A stretch of 64,000 bases of DNA from Mytilus californianus (Eukaryota), in the NCBI RefSeq assembly GCF_021869535.1, contig NW_026262723.1, positions 77,066,001-77,130,000 on the forward strand, written 5' to 3'. Below are positions 11,602-22,155 of the stretch, piece after piece. Position 1 is the first letter of the stretch. Each line of letters begins with the position of its first letter. Made by a program: the position numbers and the translations under genes. Below the pieces are notes generated by a model that searched no databases, was not told the origin of the DNA, and saw nothing but the letters and a program-made list of their open reading frames with translations.

Positions 11602-14600
11602 TTACTGGGCAGATTTCTCCTTTGGAAGCAGCTTATCAGAACTGTAAGCTCTATCCACCATGAAATCTATGACACGTTCTGGTAAAAAACTTCCCAGCCG
11701 AATCAAAAGCTGAAAGTATATACATGTATACAAAAAATTATTTTACTAAGAACATTAAAAAAAATACAATAATCAATCAGTAACATATACAATTATTTAA
11801 AATTAGAGTAAAAAAAATAAATTTCTTCCATCACTTTCTATTTATAGTGATTGTAGGACTGGTTAATACAAAACAATGTCAAACATTTAACCACTATTCA
11901 GATTTTTCAAACTACAAAACTGTTCCGATATCAAAATCCTAAAACTAAATTTAAAATACAAAAATATCAGTCATTAAATCATAACTGTTAAGGCCTAGAA
12001 AACTTAAACTAGACAATTTTGGAGTGGAATAGGTAAAAAGACTACATTAACCATAAATGTAGCTCCATAAAAGGGGGGGCTGGGCACCCTGGACCCCTAA
12101 ATCCGCCTTTTTACTATCTTTGATGGTTTCTATCGAAATTGTTTATGAATTGTCTTGACTTTGACATAATGGTATAGTGATTTGTCAATCATTAAATTCT
12201 TGATGGATGTTTAAGTTTGATTGTTTTACAGGGTTGGTGTCTCATTGAAATATACCCATTATCTTCTTACATTCATTTATTCAACAACATATTAATGTTA
12301 CTAGACCATGATTAAGGAGGAACACAAATTAACTCATAGAAACTGATAAATACTGATGATGATGCAACTGCTTACCAATATCATTGGATCAATATTTGTG
12401 GTACCTTTTAAACTTGACCTAATCACAAAATTTTAACAATTGTTGATACTCAAAATGCAACAAATTCAACATCTATGCTGCTGAAAATGTCAGAGTCAAA
12501 GTGATGCATACAAGTATGAATGGAAGTGGAAATTAAAACAAGCAATATAAAGTTACAATCAAAACATACAATAATATAAACAGATGGACAATAGGATTCC
12601 TACAAATTTGTTTTCAATTTCCATTGGCCAATAAAACAGACATGAATTTTGTTGTATTGTGTATACTGCCTGCAACACATATTTTTTATGAATGAACTAT
12701 TACTTACATTGTCTTGATCTACAAGGCTATTACTTCCATCTACAAGGTATCGTTGATTCGGGTTCTGAGATATAACAGCCATTTCTATAGTATTGACAAC
12801 TGGTGCTATAGAGTTACTGGACTTGGAAGAATAGTCTGCAATAGATTTGATCATCCCATCCATATAACTTCTACCATAAGTCTGTTTCACTGTCTGTGGA
12901 CTACTCTGCCACATCTTTTCTAATTCAGTCTCATATGTTGGAAGCTGTAATTCAAAAGTTTTACAGGATATGAAATGACTTTTCAAAAATATATTTTTAA
13001 TTCATCTAAAGTTTATAATACTGTTGTGATCTGTAAATTTGTATCACACATCTCTTTACATAACGTGGAATTTAAAGTTCATATAATTTTCTTCGGCTTT
13101 TGTTCAATAAACTTATTTTTTCTCTATCAAATTAAGCTCACATTTAAAAAGTTTCAAGTTCTGAGTACCTACAAATATAGCTAATTTGGTCAAATTGTAA
13201 ATGAGGAATTTTCTTCAAAAGTTAATTTCCAATGAGTGACAGAACTGCAGTAGGTATCAGGGGTGAAAATATTTTCCGGCAAACCTAATAATCAGGACTA
13301 TGTCATGATATTCAACCAAGCGGGGACAACCAAGAACCAAGACTAATATCTTAACCCTAAGAAAATTGAAGAAAACAAATTTTATATTTGTAAATTTTGT
13401 TCTTATAAATGTATAAATACATGCTGAGGGGGAAGGAGTATAACTATCCCAAATAGGCTTTAAATATGTGTGCTTGCTTTTCTTACTCATATTTTGTGTA
13501 CTCTCTGGAGGCATAATTGCAGGGCATTTTGTGCTAACTTACATGAAAGTTGCCATTTCTTAAAGTAAAGTAAAACAGAATATGATGCCATGTGCACACT
13601 TTTTCTTATCCAGGTTCAATTGAATTGTGAAATCAGAGTCAAAATCCTAATTTGCCATATTATTCAAAAATTTCACAACATAATGAATAAGTGTACTACT
13701 ATGTTGGTGTGACCACTACTTCATGGTAACCTCTCATAACCTAAAACTTTAACCTGATATGGGACAGATGAACCAATGCACAGACCAGAAAACATTATGC
13801 CCCCTTCTTTTCTAGGACAGAGTAAATTAAAATAGTAAAGAATGCAGGACACAGTAGTTTATGATGAAACTTGCATACAAGATTGAAAATCTTCAGTTCT
13901 ACAGTATAGAGGATTCTCATTTGAATGTCAAATAATTCAGATAAAATTAATGAGCAAAATTTTCCTACATAGAGCAATATTTACAAACCTTATTTTTACT
14001 AAGCATGGCAGTGGATCCTGTAAAATTACCAGGTTCTACAGTTATTACTTTCACACCAAATTTTTTCATCTCCATTCTGAGTGCATCAGTAAATCCTTCT
14101 TGTCCATATTTGGTCATACAGAATGCTGAATTACTGGGTATACCTATCCTTCCTTTATTACTGGTTACATTTACTATTCTACCTTTAAAATACATTTAGG
14201 ATGTATATCAAAAATTCTATTTTATATTGATCACGTTTTAAATATTAAACCATTTAGGGTTTTAGAAGTGTGATGAGTATCCATGAAACTAGGTTATCCT
14301 ATCCAAATGGATTGATTGCTGTTTAATGCCACTTTCAGCACTATTGTGCTATTTTGTGGCATCAGTTATTATTGGTGGAGATAGCCAGAGTGCCAGGAGA
14401 GAACCACGACCTTCGGAAGGAAAACTAACAATCCTAGTCAATTAAGACTGGAGTCCAATGCACCCCTATCCAAATTGATATGTGCTTGTCCTAAGTCTTG
14501 TATTTGTCTGTCAGGAGGTTTTTTTTTCTCTGTTGTCTATCCATCCATATGAGTTAGGAAATCTAATTTTTATACTATACTAATGGCCAACAAATGGTTG

Positions 14601-17600
14601 CATTCTTAGGTTGATATCTCATTGTTTATATTCACTATCAGTATCTCATTTTTATTCATATATTACCATATACCGGTACTAATACCATAATATTTTACAT
14701 AGGCCATGTACATTTATACCTCCATATAATGAAAAATTCATTTAAAAAACTCCATATCATTATATATTACCTTTGGATTTTCTAACCAAGGGTATAAATT
14801 TCTTTGTAACTCTGACTAAACCAAATAAATTAACTTCAGCAAGACGTCTATATTCATCCAGGGGAGAGAACTCAATATCTCCAACACCATACACAGCAGC
14901 ATTGTTTATCAAGGCCCATAATCCTGTAAGAGTACATCAGTCTTTATGTAATATAAATTATGGCACTATAAAATACAAAAGATTGTAGCAAAACATTACA
15001 ACAAAGAGAATTATAACATACTGTGGATTTATTATCATTAGTGGGATTTTGGGAAATGAAGAAATTAAATACATGTCAAATTTTGCTTTTTGTTGAATTT
15101 TATAGGAGAATGTGGTGATTGCATGATAATAAGATACACTAAAAATCACCAATTTTTCTCCAACAACAAAAAATGATACCAATGAAAATGAATTTTTTAT
15201 TTTACATCAAAACTTTAGCAAAATTCCAACTTTAACTTAAAGAAATTTTTTGTGACGAGTGAACCAACACCTTCTAACGGAAAAGCTGGTAGAGTAACCA
15301 AGATGGATACCGAAGTATGCTGCGGTTGTCTTAAAACCTCATGGAAATGTAATATGTAGAGACAACAACATCTGGGTTACCGCAAGGTGATAGTTTTATT
15401 GAGTTTTAAAGTTGTCAAATCAATTATTGTGACGTTACGTCTTGTTAACCTTTGTAACCCCATATGCACTGCATTTCATGTACTTCAGTATTTGTTTTCT
15501 ATGTTTAAATTGTCCTGAAGACGCCACCGTAAGTGGCGAAACATGTAGACTCAATAAAACTATCACCTTGCGGTAACCCAGATGTTGTTGTCTCTACATA
15601 TTACATTTCCATGAGGTTTTAAGACAACCGCAGCATACTTCGGTATCCATCTTGGTTACTCTACCAGCTTTTCCGTTAGAAGGTGTTGGTTCACTCGTCA
15701 CAAATCATTCATTTTTCTGTGAACCCCTGCATCCGCACACGATCCACCTTAGCCGTCCTGCGTTGTAGTTACAACCGTTAGCCTCATGTCTACCGACCAG
15801 TTCCATTCTACCACCAACCTCACTGAAGAAACCGCCCATACCTCGAAGAAAAGGAAAACCCGCGAAAAAGAAGACCACCGCAAAACGTACTGAACCGCAG
15901 AACCGCACGATTATTGTTGAAATAAACTTGCAACATGGATAGTGTACCACAACCGCAAAATGTAACCAATTCACCACAACTTCCACCATGCCCTACATGT
16001 GCGACTACCATACATCTTACAACATTCCCGACGCAATTGGAAGTAGTACCTCTTTCCGAGTGAAGCCTTTTGGAATGGTACGGAATGTCCTGTGAGGTGT
16101 TGTCCATTTTGGAAAAAACACTGACAATGCATTATTAACTTTTACTTTCACTTTCATTTTAAAGTTGTCAAATCAATTATTGTGACGTTACGTCTTGTTA
16201 ACCTTTGTAACCCCATATGCACCGCATTTCATGTACTTCAGTATTTGTTTTCTATGTTTAAATTGTCCTGAAGACGCCACCGTAAGTGGCGAAACATGTA
16301 GACTCAATAAAACTATCACCTTGCGGTAACCCAGATGTTGTTGTCTCTACATATTACATTTCCATGAGGTTTTAAGACAACCGCAGCATACTTCGGTATC
16401 CATCTTGGTTACTCTACCAGCTTTTCCGTTAGAAGGTGTTGGTTCACTCGTCACAAATCATTCATTTTTCTGTGAACCCCTGCATCCGCACACGATCCAC
16501 CTTAGCCGTCCTGCGTTGTAGTTACAACCGTTAGCCTCATGTCTACCGACCAGTTCCATTCTACCACCAACCTCACTGAAGAAACCGCCCATACCTCGAA
16601 GAAAAGGAAAACCCACGAAAAAGAAGACCACCGCAAAACTTACTGAACCGCAGAACCGCACGATTATTGTTGAAATAAACTTGCAACATGGATAGTGTAC
16701 CACAACCGCAAAATGTAACCAATTCACCACAACTTCCACCATGCCCTACATGTGCGACTACCATACATCTTACAACATTCCCGACGCAATTGGAAGTAGT
16801 ACCTCTTTCCGAGTGAAGCCTTTTGGAATGGTACGGAATGTCCTGTGAGGTGTTGTCCATTTTGGAAAAAACACTGACAATGCATTATTAACTTTTACTT
16901 TCACTTTCATTTTAAAGTTGTCAAATCAATTATTGTGACGTTACGTCTTGTTAACCTTTGTAACCCCATATGCACCGCATTTCATGTACTTCAGTATTTG
17001 TTTTCTATGTTTAAATTGTCCTGAAGACGCCACCGTAAGTGGCGAAACATGTAGACTCAATAAAACTATCACCTTGCGGTAACCCAGATGTTGTTGTCTC
17101 TACATATTACATTTCCATGAGGTTTTAAGACAACCGCAGCATACTTCGGTATCCATCTTGGTTACTCTACCAGCTTTTCCGTTAGAAGGTGTTGGTTCAC
17201 TCGTCACAAATCATTCATTTTTCTGTGAACCCCTGCATCCGCACACGATCCACCTTAGCCGTCCTGCGTTGTAGTTACAACCGTTAGCCTCATGTCTACC
17301 GACCAGTTCCATTCTACCACCAACCTCACTGAAGAAACCGCCCATACCTCGAAGAAAAGGAAAACCCACGAAAAAGAAGACCACCGCAAAACTTACTGAA
17401 CCGCAGAACCGCACGATTATTGTTGAAATAAACTTGCAACATGGATAGTGTACCACAACCGCAAAATGTAACCAATTCACCACAACTTCCACCATGCCCT
17501 ACATGTGCGACTACCATACATCTTACAACATTCCCGACGCAATTGGAAGTAGTACCTCTTTCCGAGTGAAGCCTTTTGGAATGGTACGGAATGTCCTGTG

Positions 17601-20062
17601 AGGTGTTGTCCATTTTGGAAAAAACACTGACAATGCATTATTAACTTTTACTTTCACTTTCATTTTAAAGTTGTCAAATCAATTATTGTGACGTTACGTC
17701 TTGTTAACCTTTGTAACCCCATATGCACCGCATTTCATGTACTTCAGTATTTGTTTTCTATGTTTAAATTGTCCTGAAGACGCCACCGTAAGTGGCGAAA
17801 CATGTAGACTCAATAAAACTATCACCTTGCGGTAACCCAGATGTTGTTGTCTCTACATATTACATTAAAGAAATTTTGTATAATTAAAAGAAGACTAAAC
17901 ATGGGATGCAAATTTTGTTAACAATTATTACTCAAGTTAGTTGCTGTTACAATTCCTTGTTCAGTGATATGTTGTAGTAGTCACAATTCCTTTTTTTAGT
18001 AAAAATCAAAATTTACAAAAATACACAAGCAGTAATTAGGCCAAAAAGAATCATGATCCAACCCTTTCCTTGAAGATGATATTATGATGGCTCTCCTGAT
18101 GAAATGTACATTTTCAAAATTAATTCAATATGCACATTTAAAAAATACAATGAAAGTATGTCATTAATTGGTGAAAACTTTGCCTTATTTAATCAGAGAT
18201 ATATAGTAATTTATTGAGACAGTATTAATCCACTTTATATAATACAGGAATTGTCCATTAATTATAACTGTTGGCTTAATAGACTGATTGATTATTATTT
18301 ATCATTGCATCTGAATTTTTTAAGAAATGTACACCAATTTGCTACATAAAATTTATAGTTTGTCAGACCAAAAACAGTTCTTATGTTTTCTTCAGTATTA
18401 AAATTCTGTTCAATTTTTTGTGGCAATGTCTTTCTGCTTCTGTTTATGATGCTGATATCAATTTTTCATATGTATATACCTTTATCTCTGACTTTCTTCT
18501 CTATCTCTGCAAAAGCTAGGTCAACAGAATTGTCATCTGTAATATCTAGCTTTATAATCTGTATACTACTGTACTCTGATCTAAGTTGACTGGCTCCTTT
18601 TCCATCAGGATTATAACATCCAGCAAATACAGACAGTCCTTCTCCTGATAAACGACGAGCCACAGCATTCCCAAACCCTTTTAGAGTAAACAAAAAACAA
18701 ATTTAAAATAACATTTTTCAATACTTAACAACCAAATACTGAAAGTTTTGGTTCTTAAGCAAGACATATTCCTATTCCAGCTGTAATGTTATTGTGATGT
18801 TGATTTAAATATATTACTGTCACATCTCAATGGACAAGGGATGCTAGTGTTAGGAGAGCATTGAGCTCAATTCACATTATAAAAGGCTAACAAAAATATA
18901 AAAAGAGATCTGCTAGGATCTGTTGGACCTATAGATTTCTGACACATACTGTCAAATCAAATGAGTTTTATTCCATCTACAGAATATTGAATACTACTTA
19001 TTAGAGAGGACATCAGTTGTTTATTTGGGTGTCTGCATGTGTGGATGGGGGATATATAGAAGCTATGTGTTTGATGTCTGTTTTGTCTGGAATGTTTAAT
19101 TGATGTAACCTGAAGAACTGTCATACAAATGGCAGATTTGTTGTTCTATGACCAGATATAACCCCCAAATCTCTCATAGAGAAAGTCCCTGTACCATTGC
19201 AAGAAAATGACAGTAATTTTTCAATATAGTTACATAGGTGGTGTGATGATTTGTTTTCCATTTTTATAAGTGATTGATGATTAATTTCATGACTCCACAT
19301 TTGAGTTAGTGTGTGGTAGGCTTATTTTACTAAACATGAAGAGGACAAATACATACAGTAAGTATCCTTTGAGTTTGATATAAATGTTATTTCTTATCAG
19401 TAACAGTTGCCATGTTGATTGGGCACAATATTAAGCCATTGATCATAATTCCATAAGAATTATTCTATTTAAATATGGTTCCAATCTACCTGATGTTTAC
19501 TTCAAATTGAAAAGTCAATAATCAGAGACTATGAATCCTTTATTCTGGCTTTACATGTGTTTTTACTCACTCTGAGTTTATTTTTAAATGCTTGCAATTT
19601 TTTGTCATTTTTAACAAGCATTTTCAAATGGTAAAAAATTAAATGTCACATTACAACATGTACAAAGCGATCCTACTTTCATTTCAGTTCAAAAAATAAA
19701 GGTATTATTTTGGACCTTATCACCACACTTCTCCTCCACATACAGTTGGAATACAAAATATCTTTTACTAATGCTAAATGTGATTCTTTATTTTGTTATA
19801 ATAATGAAAACACATTATCACCTGTATCACAACCAGTTATGAAGACATATTTTTCCTCTGTATTTATTCGTCTGAAGGTAAGTTTCTGATACACTACATT
19901 TAGTATAATGAGAAAAGCTACAAACAGTATAGTTTTGGCGATGAATGGTTGGACTACAATGAATGGGAGCACTGCCAATACTCCAAGATAAGTCAGTTCA
20001 AAAGCCTGGAATCCTATAAACTTCTTGATTCCCATTCCTAGGTAACTTCTTATGCTGTCCAT
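11602..20062 (-). CDS. Short-chain dehydrogenase/reductase of the BDH1 (D-beta-hydroxybutyrate dehydrogenase)/retinol dehydrogenase group, 376 aa, with an N-terminal hydrophobic anchor
   Basis: Exons (minus) 20062-19822, 18677-18480, 14923-14771, 14182-13989, 12944-12708 and 11709-11602 (TAA) total 1131 nt, in frame, all GT-AG. Motifs: TGCDTGFG, GLWALINNAA, EVNLFG, GRIVNVTS, FCMTKYG, VEPGNF. Poly(A) signal on the minus strand at about 11424-11429. An acceptor at 20087/20088 implies an upstream non-coding exon. Confidence 0.92.
14303..14470 (-). mobile_element. 3' part of a SINE-like dispersed repeat
   Basis: The sequence gattgattgctgtttaatgccactttcagcac...ggtggagatagccagagtgccaggagagaaccacgacc resembles the reverse complement of a common bivalve SINE body with a short (CAAT)n tail. 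Recognised from memory, not by search. Confidence 0.5.
15508..15555 (+). ncRNA. Minimal type I hammerhead ribozyme, copy 1 (predicted cleavage after A15547)
   Basis: GUC-CUGAAGA-C-GCCAC(CGUAA)GUGGC-GAAA-CAUGU-A^-GAC. It has the conserved CUGANGA and GAAA boxes, a 5-bp stem II, a palindromic ACAUGU stem III, a GUA cleavage triplet and a GUC/GAC stem I that can extend across a bulge. Confidence 0.85.
16261..16308 (+). ncRNA. Minimal type I hammerhead ribozyme, copy 2 (cleavage after 16300)
   Basis: Identical to copy 1, 753 nt downstream. Confidence 0.85.
17014..17061 (+). ncRNA. Minimal type I hammerhead ribozyme, copy 3 (cleavage after 17053)
   Basis: Identical to copy 1, 1506 nt downstream. 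Confidence 0.85.
17767..17814 (+). ncRNA. Minimal type I hammerhead ribozyme, copy 4 (cleavage after 17806)
   Basis: Identical to copy 1, 2259 nt downstream. The insertion ends 60 nt after this cleavage site. Confidence 0.85.
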
Positions 20063-20216
20063 TCTGATAGCTTGCAGCTATAGCTCTCTGTAATTAAACA
20101 ATACAAATGTTTGACATACATTTTTGTACCTCAGAATGAGTTTTCTTAGAATTGTTGGTGCATTTTTCTAACCTTATCTTGAAAAGTGAAATATATGAAA
20201 AACACATAAACATATA

Positions 20217-20423
20217 CTGTAAATTCAGAAATTATTGCGAGGTTTTTATTAATGCGAATAATGCGACTGGGTGACTATCGCAATAACAAGAACTCGTATT
20301 CTGATGTCTGTTACATATATCTGTATGCAGATTTTCATGATATCGCAATAATTAAACTCGCATTTTTGTCCATTCTTGAAAAATCGCAATAATAAATGCA
20401 CGCAATAATTTCTGAATTTACAG
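20217..20423. mobile_element. Tc1/mariner-type MITE (207 bp, TA TSD)
   Basis: Perfect 23-bp TIRs ctgtaaattcagaaattattgcg / cgcaataatttctgaatttacag, flanked by TA on both sides. Confidence 0.85.
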
Positions 20424-21552
20424 TAATTAAATGTCAAAAGTTAACTTTCAAAAATTCAAAAATAAATCTGATCAAAACACAGAGATAAATACTTTGCTTT
20501 CTATTCAGGGTGTTGTGTCAATTCAACTTATGGATATATATATATAAATGAAGGAAGATATTGATCATGTCAATGAGAGAGAAACTCAACATTAAATGTT
20601 TGCTTCACATTGCTTGATACAAACATCCTCAGTTACAAATATGATCCTAAATGATAGACTCAAACTGTATGACAAGTGTAGATGAGTTGTGAATGAAATC
20701 ATAATCAATTGAACATACAAATTTAAAAATTAAACATCAAAACCAAATTCCTAAACAGGCAAAAAAATCATTAAAAGACTATGACAAGCACAAGTACACT
20801 CTTCTCCTTTTCTAAGCTTTTTAATAACATAAAAATAAGGAGATGTGGTATATATAAAATATATTAAAAACACAATTTTTCACTAAAATAAGTTTTTTTA
20901 TGTGAAGATAAAATGTAAAAAAAACAGTTTCTTTTATATCAAAGTATACAATGTAATCATAAGTAATCCAAAGTTTTCATGATTACTTTAAAGGAAAGTA
21001 ATAATTTAATGTAAACTATTATTGCATTTGAATTTAGATTTAATTGTTATGTGATTGATTACATTAAATTAGCAAAGTATTTATAATTTAAGTTTTAATC
21101 ACTTTTTAAAGTAAAAAGCAACATGAGGTAATCCAAAGATGAAAATCTATGACCCATTGACAAATTAAATCATCACATTTCTATTTATACCTTCACATCA
21201 ATTTTTTGCCTCCTCTTAAGAACTACAAATACATTTTTATCGATTTTAAGGTCTTTTATCACAACAAATGGCTTTGTTTACACCTAGAAAATTACTCTGA
21301 GTACTGACAAACCTGTGCAGTTGGAAAAGTTTTAAGGTCTAAAATCTACTAAACATATAAACGTTAAATGCATTTTGTGTTTCAGAAAGATAAAATCTGT
21401 TTGGGCATTTTTTCCCGTCACTGCATATGATGGTAAGATAAACCAACACCTGAATTACTTTTGATACTGTCCACTCAGTTACACTCTTTAAATCAAATAT
21501 TGCTGTGTAGATATCTATTGTTCTTCTATTGTCCATATCAATCAATTGTTAC

Positions 21553-22155
21553 CTGAGAGGGTGCATATCAACCCAACTTAGTTTATGATCCTTAAACTGA
21601 GCTATTAACAATGCACTTTATGTTTGCATTCCAAATGCAAATAATTATGACGTCTTACAGTATAATGAATGCATAAATCTAAGAACCAAGGAACATTTCG
21701 TTATGCGTGATTAGCAAAGTAGTGTTTTGAAAACTGTGTATTTGATAGTTCAATACTTATTAAATACTTTACATCGTACAAAATAATCAAGTCTGTCGTC
21801 CTCGATATCGAACCATACAAAGTGAAAGTAGCCGGAAATAGCCTAGAGTACCACATCCGGTTCAATCGAAAGTAGAGTTGTCTGGAAGTAGGAGTAAACT
21901 TGAAGTCTATAAAGCCAAAATATGACTTTAATCGAAAATGATATTGATTTTGAAGATTGCTTTTATTGTACCACACACCTGCATTAATTAATGCATGCAT
22001 CTTTTGATGAGAAACAAGAAATTTCCACTTCATGTTGTTGCAACAGTGATAAGTTGTCAAACATTTTTACTAAGCATAGTCATAGACCACCTTGTATACA
22101 ATCTAGCGAACAAGAAATAAAACATAACCGAGCACCAATTAAAAAAAAAAAAAGC
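21553..22155. promoter_or_regulatory. Putative bidirectional promoter region between the SDR (-) and CCZ1 (+)
   Basis: The genes are head-to-head. There is a minus-strand donor CAG|GTAAC at 21553/21552 (likely a non-coding first exon of the SDR), local CpG enrichment, and opposed ETS-type sites CCGGAAAT (21832-21839, +) and ACCGGATGT (21853-21861, -). Confidence 0.5.

Larger units (their letters stand above)
15249..17866 (+). mobile_element. Hammerhead-ribozyme retroelement (retrozyme or non-autonomous Penelope-like element): tandem 753-bp units plus a 5' inverted segment
   Basis: About 3.27 near-identical 753-bp units (15404-17866) are preceded by a perfect 156-bp inverted copy (15249-15404 is the reverse complement of 15549-15704). 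The flanking duplication (tt)aaagaaattt(t) lies at 15237-15249 and 17865-17877. Each unit carries a hammerhead core followed by AATAAA. Confidence 0.9.

Noticed and set aside
15548-16300. Endless (rolling-circle) ORF on the predicted 753-nt circle, since 753 is divisible by 3
   Set aside because: Manual translation finds stop codons in all three frames of both strands within 15548-15710.
15404-17866. CRISPR-like array or tandemly duplicated protein gene
   Set aside because: The units are long and identical with no unique spacers, the context is eukaryotic, and the ORF-track proteins are short with no recognisable domain.
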